A program made the translations under genes and the position numbers. A stretch of DNA of 64,000 bases, taken from assembly GCA_965247525.1 (NCBI GenBank), contig OZ252015.1:592110-656109 (forward strand), read 5' to 3'. Positions 53,276 to 62,385 of the stretch are shown piece after piece; the first letter of the stretch is position 1, and every line of letters begins with the position of its first letter. The notes under the pieces were generated by a model that was not told the origin of the DNA, made no database searches, and saw nothing but the letters and a program-made list of their open reading frames with translations. The stretch is from Hyphomicrobiales bacterium (GTDB lineage: Bacteria; Pseudomonadota; Alphaproteobacteria; Rhizobiales; UBA4765).

Positions 53276-54184
53276 CTATAATTTTATTCCCGAACGCAAC
53301 CGCGCCGAGCGCGCACGCGGATTTTGCCGTGCTTCGGCTTCGCTGGCGGCGACTGGCTTTGCAAGTCGCCATTCATTCTTTTTTAAGTCCTGCGGCGGGA
53401 CATGGCGCGATGGCGCGCGTTGCGGTGCAAAAAACTGTTTTACAATCCGGTCTTCCAATGAATGGAAACTGACACTGCAAAGAACACCGCCTGTCTTTAA
53501 AAGATCGTGTGCCATATGAAGAAGTTTTTTCAGCTCTTCAAGTTCTTCATTCACGGCAATACGCAGGGCCTGAAAACTGCGGGTTGCCGGATGGATTTTG
53601 TCTTTCGGGTGGCGGCCCAGCGTTTGCTCGATCAGCACGGCAAGCTGGCGCGTGGTGGTGAAGGCTTGCGTTTTGCGCTGCTCGACAATCGCCTTTGCGA
53701 TGTGCCGCGATTTACGCTCGTCGCCATACTGATAAATCAGATTGGCCAGCTCTTCTTCGGGCAGGCCGTTGACGAGGTCCGCAGCGCTCGTGCCGTCACT
53801 GCTCATGCGCATATCAAGCGGGCCGTCGCGCATAAACGAAAAGCCGCGTTCGGCCTGGTCGATCTGCATGGACGACACACCAAGATCAAGCACGATGGCG
53901 TCGACATGCGGAACGCCGTGCGCTTCAAGCTGCACACGCATCTCGCTAAAAGGTGCGTGGATCAGGGTTAAATTGCCCTTGGCCTTTTCAACCATCGCCT
54001 GCCCATCACGAATGGCGTTGGGGTCGCGGTCAAAGGCAATAATTGTTGCGCCGGCCTCAAGAAACGCGCGTGTGTATCCGCCAGCGCCGAATGTGCCATC
54101 GACAATCACTTTGCCGTTTTGTGGTTTGACACAGGCCAAAACCTCGGCAAGCAAAACAGGAATATGGTGCTCCGTCTCTATCAT
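53276..54184 (-). CDS. rsmH: 16S rRNA (cytosine1402-N4)-methyltransferase
   Basis: HIPVLL.EV, DGTFGAGGYT, DLGVSS.Q.D...RGFSF, SFHSLEDR.VK. The ATG at 54184 is chosen because the longer track ORF (to 54277) overlaps rnpB. Confidence 0.9.
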   Translation of the reverse strand: MIETEHHIPVLLAEVLACVKPQNGKVIVDGTFGAGGYTRAFLEAGATIIAFDRDPNAIRDGQAMVEKAKGNLTLIHAPFSEMRVQLEAHGVPHVDAIVLDLGVSSMQIDQAERGFSFMRDGPLDMRMSSDGTSAADLVNGLPEEELANLIYQYGDERKSRHIAKAIVEQRKTQAFTTTRQLAVLIEQTLGRHPKDKIHPATRSFQALRIAVNEELEELKKLLHMAHDLLKTGGVLCSVSFHSLEDRIVKQFFAPQRAPSRHVPPQDLKKNEWRLAKPVAASEAEARQNPRARSARLRSGIKL

Positions 54185-54191
54185 CTTTAAA

Positions 54192-54610
54192 ATATCCAGT
54201 CGGCCTGTAAGCCGGGTTCTGTTCGCCTGTGTTCGCTGAATTTGGATACAGCATTCAAAAGCGTGGCAGCCATTCATCTCATCTGCCTTTTACAAGACAG
54301 TTCTAGCAACCGACCCGGACAGCGCACCGGAAACGGTGTTGGATCGCATGAAGCAAGCCAATGCTGTCCCTATTTGGTTTTGCTCCCGGTGGGGTTTGCC
54401 ATGCCACCTCTGTTACCAGAGGCGCGGTGCGCTCTTACCGCACCTTTTCACCCTTACCACCCCTGCCCGAAAGCTTGAATGGCGGTTCCTTCTCTGTGGC
54501 ACTGTCCCTGGGGTCGCCCCCGCCGGACGTTATCCGGCACCGTTGTTTCCTGGAGCCCGGACTTTCCTCGAGAACTTGCGCCCTCGCGGCTGCCCGGCCG
54601 ACTGGATCAG
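54192..54610 (-). ncRNA. rnpB: RNase P RNA (type A)
   Basis: The reverse complement contains the universally conserved GAGGAAAGTCCGGGCTCC (+ strand 54551-54568) and ACAGAACCCGGCTTAC (+ strand about 54210-54227). The P1 helix is formed by CCAGTCGGCC (5') and GGCCGACTGG (3'; + strand 54596-54605 and 54196-54205). Ends are accurate to within a few nt. Confidence 0.9.
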
Positions 54611-54721
54611 CCCTCATTGCACTTCAATACAAAATGTCAACGCCAATTCGTCTCAAACGTGATGGAACGATTGCAAATGCCGAGCGGTTCTTATTTTACG
54701 ATAGAAACAAGGAGAAAAACA

Positions 54722-55408
54722 ATGACAAAACTGAGCCTTATGATTGCAGGCACGCTCGCACTGCTCTCTTCCACATCTGTGTTCGCTCAAAATGCAACAG
54801 CGCCCGCGGAAGGTGAAAGACGTATTCTTATCACCTACGACAATATGACAACAGGTCAGGAGTTTTCGCCGTCGGTGTTTTTCACGCACACGTCCAGCGC
54901 AACTCCTCTTTTTAAAGAAGGCGAAAAAGCATCATTTGAACTGATGCGGCTTTCAGAAGAAGGAAACATTTCGCCCGCCATTGTTGGCGCCGCGATGAAA
55001 CTTGGCACAGGTTATGGTCAGGTTGTAACGGCATTGCCAACAGCCGCTGGAAAAAACAGTAAGGTTGAAATCAATGTCAGCAAAGAATTTCCACTTATCA
55101 GTGGTGCTTTCATGCTCGGCAAAACCAACGACGGTTTTAGCGGTGTCACAAGTATCAACGCGTATGAGCTAAAAGAGCCATTAAGTGTTGATCTTGTTGC
55201 CTATGATGCAGGTACCGAAAAAAACAATGAAAAAAAGGCGTCTCTTATTGCATTGATGGGCACTGACCGCGATCCTGAAAACGGCATAATTGCAAAACAC
55301 ACCGGGATACGCGGTGATGCGGATGCGCCAGCAAGCTGGAAATTTGATGTGAACAAACCGGTGGGACACATTACATTTACGCCAGTCTCAGCGGACATGA
55401 GCCAATAG
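54722..55408 (+). CDS. secreted spondin_N-domain-like protein
   Basis: The ATG is preceded by AAGGAG (54709-54714). Signal peptide MTKLSLMIAGTLALLSSTSVFA. ITYDNMTTGQEFSPSVFFTH, MLGKTNDGF and YDAGTEKNNE resemble bacterial spondin_N proteins. The upstream part of the track ORF (54479-) overlaps rnpB. Confidence 0.6.
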   Translation: MTKLSLMIAGTLALLSSTSVFAQNATAPAEGERRILITYDNMTTGQEFSPSVFFTHTSSATPLFKEGEKASFELMRLSEEGNISPAIVGAAMKLGTGYGQVVTALPTAAGKNSKVEINVSKEFPLISGAFMLGKTNDGFSGVTSINAYELKEPLSVDLVAYDAGTEKNNEKKASLIALMGTDRDPENGIIAKHTGIRGDADAPASWKFDVNKPVGHITFTPVSADMSQ

Positions 55409-55412
55409 GCTT

Positions 55413-56153
55413 TTAATTCGGCAGCGATAATATCAGCTGGTGCAAGGTCGCAACTGTCGACGGGTCCGCAATCCCGTCGACTTTTTTCTGGCGAAAATGG
55501 CGCTGAAAAGCCGTCACGGCAAACACTGTTTTGGTGTCGAAGGCGCCGGTGACTTCAACCTCATAACCATAAATTGACAGCATGCGCTGCAGCGCGCCGA
55601 CATGCGCGCCGACATCTCCCGCCCCAAAACTGTTGCCTTTTGTGTTGACGGCAACCGGCGTGACATAATGGCCAATACCTTTTTTATGCAGCTGCGCCCA
55701 CGGAAATTTTTCACCCGGGTCCTGCTTCCTGTCAGGCGCCACATCGGAATGGCCAATCACGCGCTGCGGCGGAATGGCATGCGTTTTTAAAATATCGAGG
55801 CAAAGCTCTATGAGCGCATCAATCTGCTTTTTTGGGAAATCCTGATAGCCCCATTCATGGCCAGGATTGCAGATCTCGATACCGATGGAGCGCGAATTGA
55901 TATCACGCTCTCCCGCCCAAAAACTTTTTCCAGCATGTTGCGCGCGCATGTCCTCATCGACATGGCGATAAATCTCGCCCTGTTCGCCGATCGTATAGTG
56001 CGAGGACACCAGCGATTCCGGGTCGCACAGCCGCGTGACGGCGTCTTCGCATTTTTTCATACCCGTGTAGTGCAGCAGCAAAATATCAACAGGAAACGCG
56101 CGCCGTTCGGCAAAGTTTGGTGATGGCGCATCAATGAATTGAGTTTTGGACAT
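55413..56153 (-). CDS. N-acetylmuramoyl-L-alanine amidase (Amidase_2, AmpD/AmiD-like) with C-terminal PG_binding_1 domain
   Basis: LLLHYTGM, SSHY.I...G.I, AQHAG.S.W, SIGIEI.NPG, IGHSD.AP.RK.DPG. C-terminal GALQRML..YGY.V.VTG.FD..T..AV.AFQRHF. Confidence 0.85.
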   Translation of the reverse strand: MSKTQFIDAPSPNFAERRAFPVDILLLHYTGMKKCEDAVTRLCDPESLVSSHYTIGEQGEIYRHVDEDMRAQHAGKSFWAGERDINSRSIGIEICNPGHEWGYQDFPKKQIDALIELCLDILKTHAIPPQRVIGHSDVAPDRKQDPGEKFPWAQLHKKGIGHYVTPVAVNTKGNSFGAGDVGAHVGALQRMLSIYGYEVEVTGAFDTKTVFAVTAFQRHFRQKKVDGIADPSTVATLHQLILSLPN

Positions 56154-56215
56154 AAGCGCAGTCTTGCCCGATTTTCAGGCAAAACAATATCGCTTAAATC
56201 GCTTTCAAACGGCTT

Positions 56216-57448
56216 TTAGCGATTGGCGGCTTTTTTATCATCGCGCTGGCGTGCCTTAATCAGCCCCTGCAACAATGCCCGCATTTCTGGCGTGATCTGG
56301 TCACTGTTGAAATCGCCCTTTGGCATATAGTGGAGCATGAAGGCGATCACTGCATTTTTCGTCACATCGTCATATGTGCCCGTCACGGTCAGCTCACCAT
56401 CCGAGCCTTTAATCAATGCGCCCTTGTCATCGCGTGCGGCAATTTTTGTAAAGCCAGCATCGAGAAGCAGTCTTTGATCATCTGAAATGCTGCGACCATT
56501 TGCGGTTTGTGCGTCACTTTGCCCATAGCGTGTGGTCACGCCTTTTGGGTCAACTGAGACCTTGTCCGGCCATAAGCCAACTTTGTCGGTCTTGCTGAAC
56601 CAATGCCACGGCAAAGCACCACGCTTGCCGTCGGCAAGCTGTTTGGCAGGGAATACAGCACCCGGATCACAGCGGTTGCCGACATGTTTTGGGTCAAAGA
56701 ACTTATAATCCGAATGATAGATAAAGTCTTTGTCGTCGATGTTCCAAAAAGATTTCATGCCAACTGATAGTTTACGATAAGCCTCGACCTGTTTGTCTGT
56801 GTAGGCTGGCTGATCTTTAAAATTGGTCGCCTGAGTGCAGTCGTCTGTCAACGCATTGGTGGTCGGCGGGCCTTCATTTTCAATTTCAACGCCGATCAGA
56901 TGGTCATTGCCTTTTTCTTTGGCGTTAAAACTGCCCGCGCCTGAATGCCATGCACGCTCTTCTTCATCTATAAGTAAAAATACATTTCCACTTTTATCAA
57001 TAATATAATTGGCTGAGGTCCCGTTGCGGTTTTTGGTGACAGTGCCGTCATCGTTCTTTTTGTCTGTGATTGTGCCTTGATTGAAAAGTTTGATCGTTTC
57101 GTTAAACGGCACGACCGTATTATGTGTCATCACGCCGTCAATATTTGGCATGCCTGTGGTCTTGTCAATCGGGCGCTGGTTGCAATTGTTCGCCAGATTG
57201 TCGCAAGGCTTCATGAGGTATTTCAAATAAATGCGGATGCCGTAGCGGGTGATATATTTCCCAAGAACAGGGTCTTCCTTGATCTCTGACTGCTCCAGCG
57301 CTGTTCGCTGTTCAAGAAGCTTCTTCTGGTCAGGATTGTTTTTGCCGCCAAGATTTGCAGCTTTGAGGCTATTTGCAAAAACGTTCGGTGTTTTGAGGAC
57401 ATTGGCTGTTGAGGTTGAGGACAGTTTGGTAATCATCATAAAATCCAA
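56216..57448 (-). CDS. atypical Amidase_2-domain protein with long N-terminal extension and divergent PG-binding-like C-terminus
   Basis: MTHNTV, SANYIIDKSGNVFLLIDEEERAWHSGAG, LIGVEIENEG, IYHSDY......NRCDPG give the zinc-amidase core with insertions. The roughly 100 N-terminal residues are S/T/N/K-rich with no signal peptide. The track start is TTG 2 nt after the dxs stop; ATG alternatives at 57439 and 57436. Confidence 0.65.
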   Translation of the reverse strand: MDFMMITKLSSTSTANVLKTPNVFANSLKAANLGGKNNPDQKKLLEQRTALEQSEIKEDPVLGKYITRYGIRIYLKYLMKPCDNLANNCNQRPIDKTTGMPNIDGVMTHNTVVPFNETIKLFNQGTITDKKNDDGTVTKNRNGTSANYIIDKSGNVFLLIDEEERAWHSGAGSFNAKEKGNDHLIGVEIENEGPPTTNALTDDCTQATNFKDQPAYTDKQVEAYRKLSVGMKSFWNIDDKDFIYHSDYKFFDPKHVGNRCDPGAVFPAKQLADGKRGALPWHWFSKTDKVGLWPDKVSVDPKGVTTRYGQSDAQTANGRSISDDQRLLLDAGFTKIAARDDKGALIKGSDGELTVTGTYDDVTKNAVIAFMLHYMPKGDFNSDQITPEMRALLQGLIKARQRDDKKAANR

Positions 57449-57450
57449 AA

Positions 57451-59364
57451 TCAGGCACTTAAAATTTGAAGCTTATTATGTGGTTCTATTTTCTCGTATA
57501 ACTCTTTAAGTGTATCACCAATTCCTGCCGCATCAAGCCCTGCCTGCGCGTACATGATGTCCGGGTTGTCCTGATCCTGGAAAAGGTCTGGCAATGTCTT
57601 TGTGCGAACGATCAGGCCATCATCGAGCAGACCCTCATCGCTCAAAAGATGCAGCACATGCGCGCCAAAACCGCCTTTTGAGCCCTCTTCAATTGTCACA
57701 ATCGCTTTGTGTTTTTGTGCCAGAGAAACAATCAAGTCGCGGTCGAGTGGTTTTGCAAAGCGCATGTCGGTCAAAGTCGGATTGAAGCCTTCACGCTGCA
57801 GCTGCTCAATTGCTTTTTTGCACTCGCCAAGCCTGGTGCCAAGATTGAGCACGGCAATATCTTTACCGTCCGCGATGATACGACCTTTGCCAATCGGCAA
57901 AACCTCGCCCTTTTCTGGCAGATCTAGCCCCAAGCCTTCGCCGCGCGGATAGCGAAACGCGATTGGGCCATCGTTATAGGCCGCAGCTGTGGCGACCATG
58001 TTCATCAGTTCAACCTCATCGCCCGCCGCCATCACCACAAAATTGGGAAGGCAGCACAGATAGGCCAAATCAAAAGCACCGGCATGGGTCGGGCCGTCAG
58101 CGCCAACAAGTCCGGCACGGTCGATCGCAAAGCGCACAGGCAGATTTTGTATCGCTACGTCATGAACCAGCTGGTCATAGCCACGCTGCAAAAAGGTGGA
58201 GTAAATCGCGCAAAACGGTTTCATGCCATCGGCCGCAAGGCCGGCGGCAAATGTTACGGCATGTTGCTCGGCAATGCCAACATCGAAGGTGCGTTCGGGA
58301 AACTGTTTTTCAAAAGCATCGACGCCCGTGCCCGATGGCATTGCCGCTGTGATGGCAATGATTTTATCGTCGGCTTTTGCTTCCGCGATCAATGCATCGC
58401 CAAATACTTTTGTGTAAGACGGGGCGGCCGCCTTGGATTTCTTTTGCGCGCCGCTCGCAACATCAAAGGTCTGCACACCGTGATATTTGTCATCTGAAGC
58501 CTCGGCAGGCGCATAGCCCTTGCCTTTTTGCGTGACGACATGAACGAGGATCGGCCCGTCTTTTGCCGCTTTGACATTGCGCAGCACCGGCAGCAGATGG
58601 TCAAGATTATGCCCGTCGACCGGACCGACATAGAAAAAGCCAAGCTCTTCAAACAACGTGCCGCCCGTGAGATAGCCCCGCGCATGCTCCACCGCACGCG
58701 TGATCGCGCCATCAATGGTTTTGCCGAATTTTTGTGTCAGCTGTTTGCCGATATCGCGAAGCGACAAATACGCACGGCCTGAAAGAAGCCGCGCCAGATA
58801 AGCCGACATGGCGCCAACAGGCGGCGCAATCGACATGTCATTGTCGTTGAGAATCACAATCAGCCTTTTGCCAAGCGCGCCGGCATTGTTCATGGCCTCA
58901 TAGGCCATGCCTGCCGACATTGCCCCATCCCCAATCACGCAGACAACGTGTCCGCTTTCCTGCTTCAGATCGCGCGCCACCGCAAAACCAAGGCCTGCGG
59001 AAATTGAGGTCGATGAATGTGCGGCTCCGAACGGGTCGTATTCGCTCTCTGCGCGCTTGGTAAAACCGGACAACCCGCCACCTTTGCGCAAAGTGCGGAT
59101 GCGGTCACGACGCCCTGTCAGGATTTTATGCGGATAGGCCTGATGGCCGACATCCCAGATAATCTTGTCGCGCGGCGTGTCGAATACGTAATGCAGCGCC
59201 ACAGTCAGTTCAACCACACCAAGACCCGCGCCGAGATGGCCGCCTGTGACAGATACGGCGTCAATGGTTTCGCGCCGTAAATCGTCGGCGACTTTTTTGA
59301 GATCGGCTTCGCCAAGGTTGCGCAGGTCAGCTGGCAGAATGACAGTGTCAAGGAAAGACGTCAT
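57451..59364 (-). CDS. dxs: 1-deoxy-D-xylulose-5-phosphate synthase
   Basis: 637 aa. GGHLG..LG.VEL, the ThDP motif GDGA...GM..EA.N, transketolase Pyr and C domains. Confidence 0.95.
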   Translation of the reverse strand: MTSFLDTVILPADLRNLGEADLKKVADDLRRETIDAVSVTGGHLGAGLGVVELTVALHYVFDTPRDKIIWDVGHQAYPHKILTGRRDRIRTLRKGGGLSGFTKRAESEYDPFGAAHSSTSISAGLGFAVARDLKQESGHVVCVIGDGAMSAGMAYEAMNNAGALGKRLIVILNDNDMSIAPPVGAMSAYLARLLSGRAYLSLRDIGKQLTQKFGKTIDGAITRAVEHARGYLTGGTLFEELGFFYVGPVDGHNLDHLLPVLRNVKAAKDGPILVHVVTQKGKGYAPAEASDDKYHGVQTFDVASGAQKKSKAAAPSYTKVFGDALIAEAKADDKIIAITAAMPSGTGVDAFEKQFPERTFDVGIAEQHAVTFAAGLAADGMKPFCAIYSTFLQRGYDQLVHDVAIQNLPVRFAIDRAGLVGADGPTHAGAFDLAYLCCLPNFVVMAAGDEVELMNMVATAAAYNDGPIAFRYPRGEGLGLDLPEKGEVLPIGKGRIIADGKDIAVLNLGTRLGECKKAIEQLQREGFNPTLTDMRFAKPLDRDLIVSLAQKHKAIVTIEEGSKGGFGAHVLHLLSDEGLLDDGLIVRTKTLPDLFQDQDNPDIMYAQAGLDAAGIGDTLKELYEKIEPHNKLQILSA

Positions 59365-59621
59365 GAGCCGCCGGACTCGTCATCGAGAGGGTCCGTGCCT
59401 TCAATACCACTTTGGCCGAGACGAATTTTTTCAACTTTGAGTTCAGCATCGCGAAGCAGAACTTCGCAGCGGTTGCGCAAAGCTTCGCCGCGCTCATAGG
59501 CAGCAATCGAATCCGCAAGCGGGATATCACCGCGCTCCAGCTTGGTAACAATCTGTTCCAGCTCGCCAAGCGCGGCCTCGAACGTCAAACTGCTGAAATC
59601 TGCTGTTGCTGCCTTGGCCAC
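59361..59621 (-). CDS. xseB: exodeoxyribonuclease VII small subunit
   Basis: 86 aa. FE.AL.ELE.IV..LE.G...L..S...YERG..L...C. Overlaps the dxs start by 4 nt. Confidence 0.85.
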   Translation of the reverse strand: MAKAATADFSSLTFEAALGELEQIVTKLERGDIPLADSIAAYERGEALRNRCEVLLRDAELKVEKIRLGQSGIEGTDPLDDESGGS

Positions 59622-59684
59622 GATTGTCCCTTTGTTTTGTCCTTTGCAGCATATAAGCCATTTTCGGGCAAGCCGCGAGGGGTT

Positions 59685-60599
59685 TTAAGCCATCAAAACC
59701 TTGATATGTGCAGCAACCGATAGCGACAGCCCCTGTAAATCATAGCCGCCTTCCAGCACCGACACGAGCCGTCCGTTGCAATGATGCGCCGCAATATTTT
59801 TAAGGCCTTGGGTGATGAACGCAAAATCGTCCTCTTCCACTTCCAGCTGCGCCAGAGGGTCGCGCCAATGCGCATCAAAACCTGCTGAAATGATCAGCAG
59901 ATCAGGTTTAAAAGTTTCAAGCGCCGGAAAGATTTTATGCTGGTAGGCATCACGAAACTCCGGGCCATGTGTGCCCGGCGCCAGCTCGATGTTCAAAATA
60001 TTGCCAACACCCGTTTCATGCTCAGAACCCGTGCCCGGAAAACAGGGCGACTGATGTGTGGACGCGTAAAACACAGAAGCGTCATTTTGGAAGATGTCCT
60101 GCGTCCCGTTGCCGTGATGCACATCGAAATCGACAATCGCAACGCGTTTGATTTTATATTCGTCCTGCGCATAGCGTGCGGCAACTGCCACATTGTTGAT
60201 CAGACAAAAGCCCATGGCTTTGTCATGCTCCGCGTGGTGGCCGGGTGGACGCACCGCGCAAAACACATTGTGCGCCTGCCCTGTCATTACCGCATCAACG
60301 CCTTGGCAGGCTGCGCCTGCGCCATGCAAGCTTGCGATCAAACTGCCTTCTCCAAACCATGTGTCAGGGTCAACTAGCCGCTCGCCGCTGTGGTTCAAAA
60401 GACTGTCGATATAGGCATCATTATGGACACGGCGCACCGCCTGCTCGCTCGCCGCTTTTGATTTTGTTCGTAGCAGCGCGGTAAAGCGGACGTCGCTCAA
60501 TGCATCTTCAATCTCCAGAAGCCGGTCAGGTCTTTCAGGATGGCCTTCGGGCGGACGATGATTGAGAAACAATGGATCTGAAATCAGAAGTGTCGTCAT
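59685..60599 (-). CDS. histone deacetylase-family (acetylpolyamine/acetoin utilisation type) deacetylase
   Basis: RPPGHHA, VDFDVHHGNGTQ, SAGFDAH..DPL, LEGGY. Confidence 0.85.
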   Translation of the reverse strand: MTTLLISDPLFLNHRPPEGHPERPDRLLEIEDALSDVRFTALLRTKSKAASEQAVRRVHNDAYIDSLLNHSGERLVDPDTWFGEGSLIASLHGAGAACQGVDAVMTGQAHNVFCAVRPPGHHAEHDKAMGFCLINNVAVAARYAQDEYKIKRVAIVDFDVHHGNGTQDIFQNDASVFYASTHQSPCFPGTGSEHETGVGNILNIELAPGTHGPEFRDAYQHKIFPALETFKPDLLIISAGFDAHWRDPLAQLEVEEDDFAFITQGLKNIAAHHCNGRLVSVLEGGYDLQGLSLSVAAHIKVLMA

Positions 60600-62305
60600 G
60601 CGGCGTTGAATAGCCCTGCATCAAGCGGCATGCTTTCCGTAATGCTGTGCTGCAACCCTTCAACCATGACGACATGATGCTCCGCAAAATAACGCGCCAG
60701 AGATATATAAGCCGCGTCATGATGGTCGAGCGCGAGCTTGGCCAGCGCCGCGCCGCCAATGGCCAGTGCTGAAAGCCGCAAAAAGGCAACACCGTGATTT
60801 TGTGCTTTTTCAGGACCCGCACTTATTAAAAACGCACTGGTGCTTTGCAGCGCGTGCGCCGCATGGGTCAGTTTTATTGAGGTTGAACCGAAGGCTTCGT
60901 CTTTTGCACTGTCGACACGCTGCGCAATTTCGCGAATGCGTTTAACCTCTTCATTCATCAGCCCGCCGCCGCGCAGATTAAGCTTACGGCCGACAAGATC
61001 ATTGGCTTGAATACCGTTTGTGCCTTCATAGATCGCGGCAATGCGCGCATCGCGGTAAAACTGCGCTGCGCCCGTTTCTTCAATAAAGCCCATACCGCCA
61101 TGTACCTGAATGCCGAGCGAGGCGACTTCATTGGCAATGTCCGTTGAAAAGGCCTTTGCAATCGGCGTTAACAAGGCGGCGCGGTCGGCGGCGATGCTGC
61201 GCACATTTTCGTCTTTTTCGAGTTGAGCGGCATCAAGACCGGAGGCCGTCATGTAGCAGATCAGGCGTGCCGCCATTATTTTTGCGCGCATGTCTGTCAG
61301 CATGCGCAGCACATCGCCATGGCCGATAATTGTCGGTGCGCCGCTTAAGGTTTTGCCTTGCTGGCGCTCACGCGCATAATGAAGTGCATGTTGGTAAGCC
61401 GCTTCGGCAATGCCAACGCCTTGCAGCCCGACACCAAGGCGCGCACTGTTCATCATCGTGAACATGCACTGAATGCCGCGCCCTTCTTCGCCAATCAGAT
61501 AGCCGGTCGCGCCGCCTTTGTCGCCGGCAACCATTGTGCATGTGGGCGAGCCATGAATGCCAAGCTTGTGTTCTAACCCCGCGCAGTGAATGTCATTGCG
61601 CGCGCCATCATCAAGAATTTTTGGAACGAGAAACAGCGACAGCCCTTTGATGCCATCATTTGAAGTACGCGCCAGTATGAAATGAAGAATGTTCGGCGTC
61701 ATGTCATGCTCGCCGTAAGTAATGTAAATTTTCGTGCCCGACAATTTATACGTGCCGTCATCATTTCGCGCAGCGCTCATGCGGATTTGTGCAAGATCGG
61801 AACCTGCTTGCGGCTCGGTCAGCAGCATTGTCCCTGTCCATTCGCCCGAAACCAGTTTTTCAAGATAGCGTGCTTGCAAGTCTTTCGTGCCATGCGCATG
61901 CAGCGCTTCGATCGCGCTTTTGGTCAGCATCGGGCACAGGCCAAACGCCATATTCGCGCCGTTCCAGATTTCGGTTGTTGCCGCGTTTAAAAGCGAGGGA
62001 AGATTTTGCCCGCCAAAATCGGCAGGGCCATCAAGCGCGTTCCAGCCTGCGGCGCACCAGTCGCGATACGCCTCTGCCCAGCCTTGGGGAAGTGTTATCT
62101 TGCCATCGATCAGTTTGGCGCCGACACTGTCGCCAAGACGGTTTAGCGGCGCAAGGCGCGTATTGGCAAACCTGCCCGCCTCTTCAACAACGGCGCGCGC
62201 ATCATCTTCGCCGAGACTGTCATAAAGGCCGTGTTTGATAGCATCTCTCAGCCCTGCTGATTGCAGAGCAGCGATAATGTCGTCAACAGGTGCGGTGTAA
62301 GCCAT
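60596..62305 (-). CDS. long-form acyl-CoA dehydrogenase
   Basis: LTEPQAGSD, GEHD...N, and QVHGGMGFIEE....QFYRDARI..IYEGTNGIQ, with a C-terminal extension. Start placed at ATG 62305 (MAYTAPVDD...). Confidence 0.85.
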   Translation of the reverse strand: MAYTAPVDDIIAALQSAGLRDAIKHGLYDSLGEDDARAVVEEAGRFANTRLAPLNRLGDSVGAKLIDGKITLPQGWAEAYRDWCAAGWNALDGPADFGGQNLPSLLNAATTEIWNGANMAFGLCPMLTKSAIEALHAHGTKDLQARYLEKLVSGEWTGTMLLTEPQAGSDLAQIRMSAARNDDGTYKLSGTKIYITYGEHDMTPNILHFILARTSNDGIKGLSLFLVPKILDDGARNDIHCAGLEHKLGIHGSPTCTMVAGDKGGATGYLIGEEGRGIQCMFTMMNSARLGVGLQGVGIAEAAYQHALHYARERQQGKTLSGAPTIIGHGDVLRMLTDMRAKIMAARLICYMTASGLDAAQLEKDENVRSIAADRAALLTPIAKAFSTDIANEVASLGIQVHGGMGFIEETGAAQFYRDARIAAIYEGTNGIQANDLVGRKLNLRGGGLMNEEVKRIREIAQRVDSAKDEAFGSTSIKLTHAAHALQSTSAFLISAGPEKAQNHGVAFLRLSALAIGGAALAKLALDHHDAAYISLARYFAEHHVVMVEGLQHSITESMPLDAGLFNAA

Positions 62306-62385
62306 TGGTCCTGATTCCCTTTTGATGTCTTTTAAGCCAGACTGGCCTTGCGCGCCAGCAGGACGGCAGTGCAAAAAGGGGCGCT

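Noticed and set aside
54242-54721. Overlapping ORFs (54242-54478, 54336-54662, 54361-54816) and the 5' part of the 54479-55408 ORF
   Set aside because: They cross the RNase P RNA gene, whose conserved P4 and P1 sequences are unambiguous. The real CDS downstream starts at 54722 with an SD and a signal peptide.
55413-57448. Prophage remnant or endolysin cassette, suggested by the two amidase genes
   Set aside because: No holin, structural, integrase or other phage genes are nearby. The flanks are dxs and a spondin-like gene. The smaller amidase has the architecture common in chromosomal AmiD/AmpD-like enzymes.
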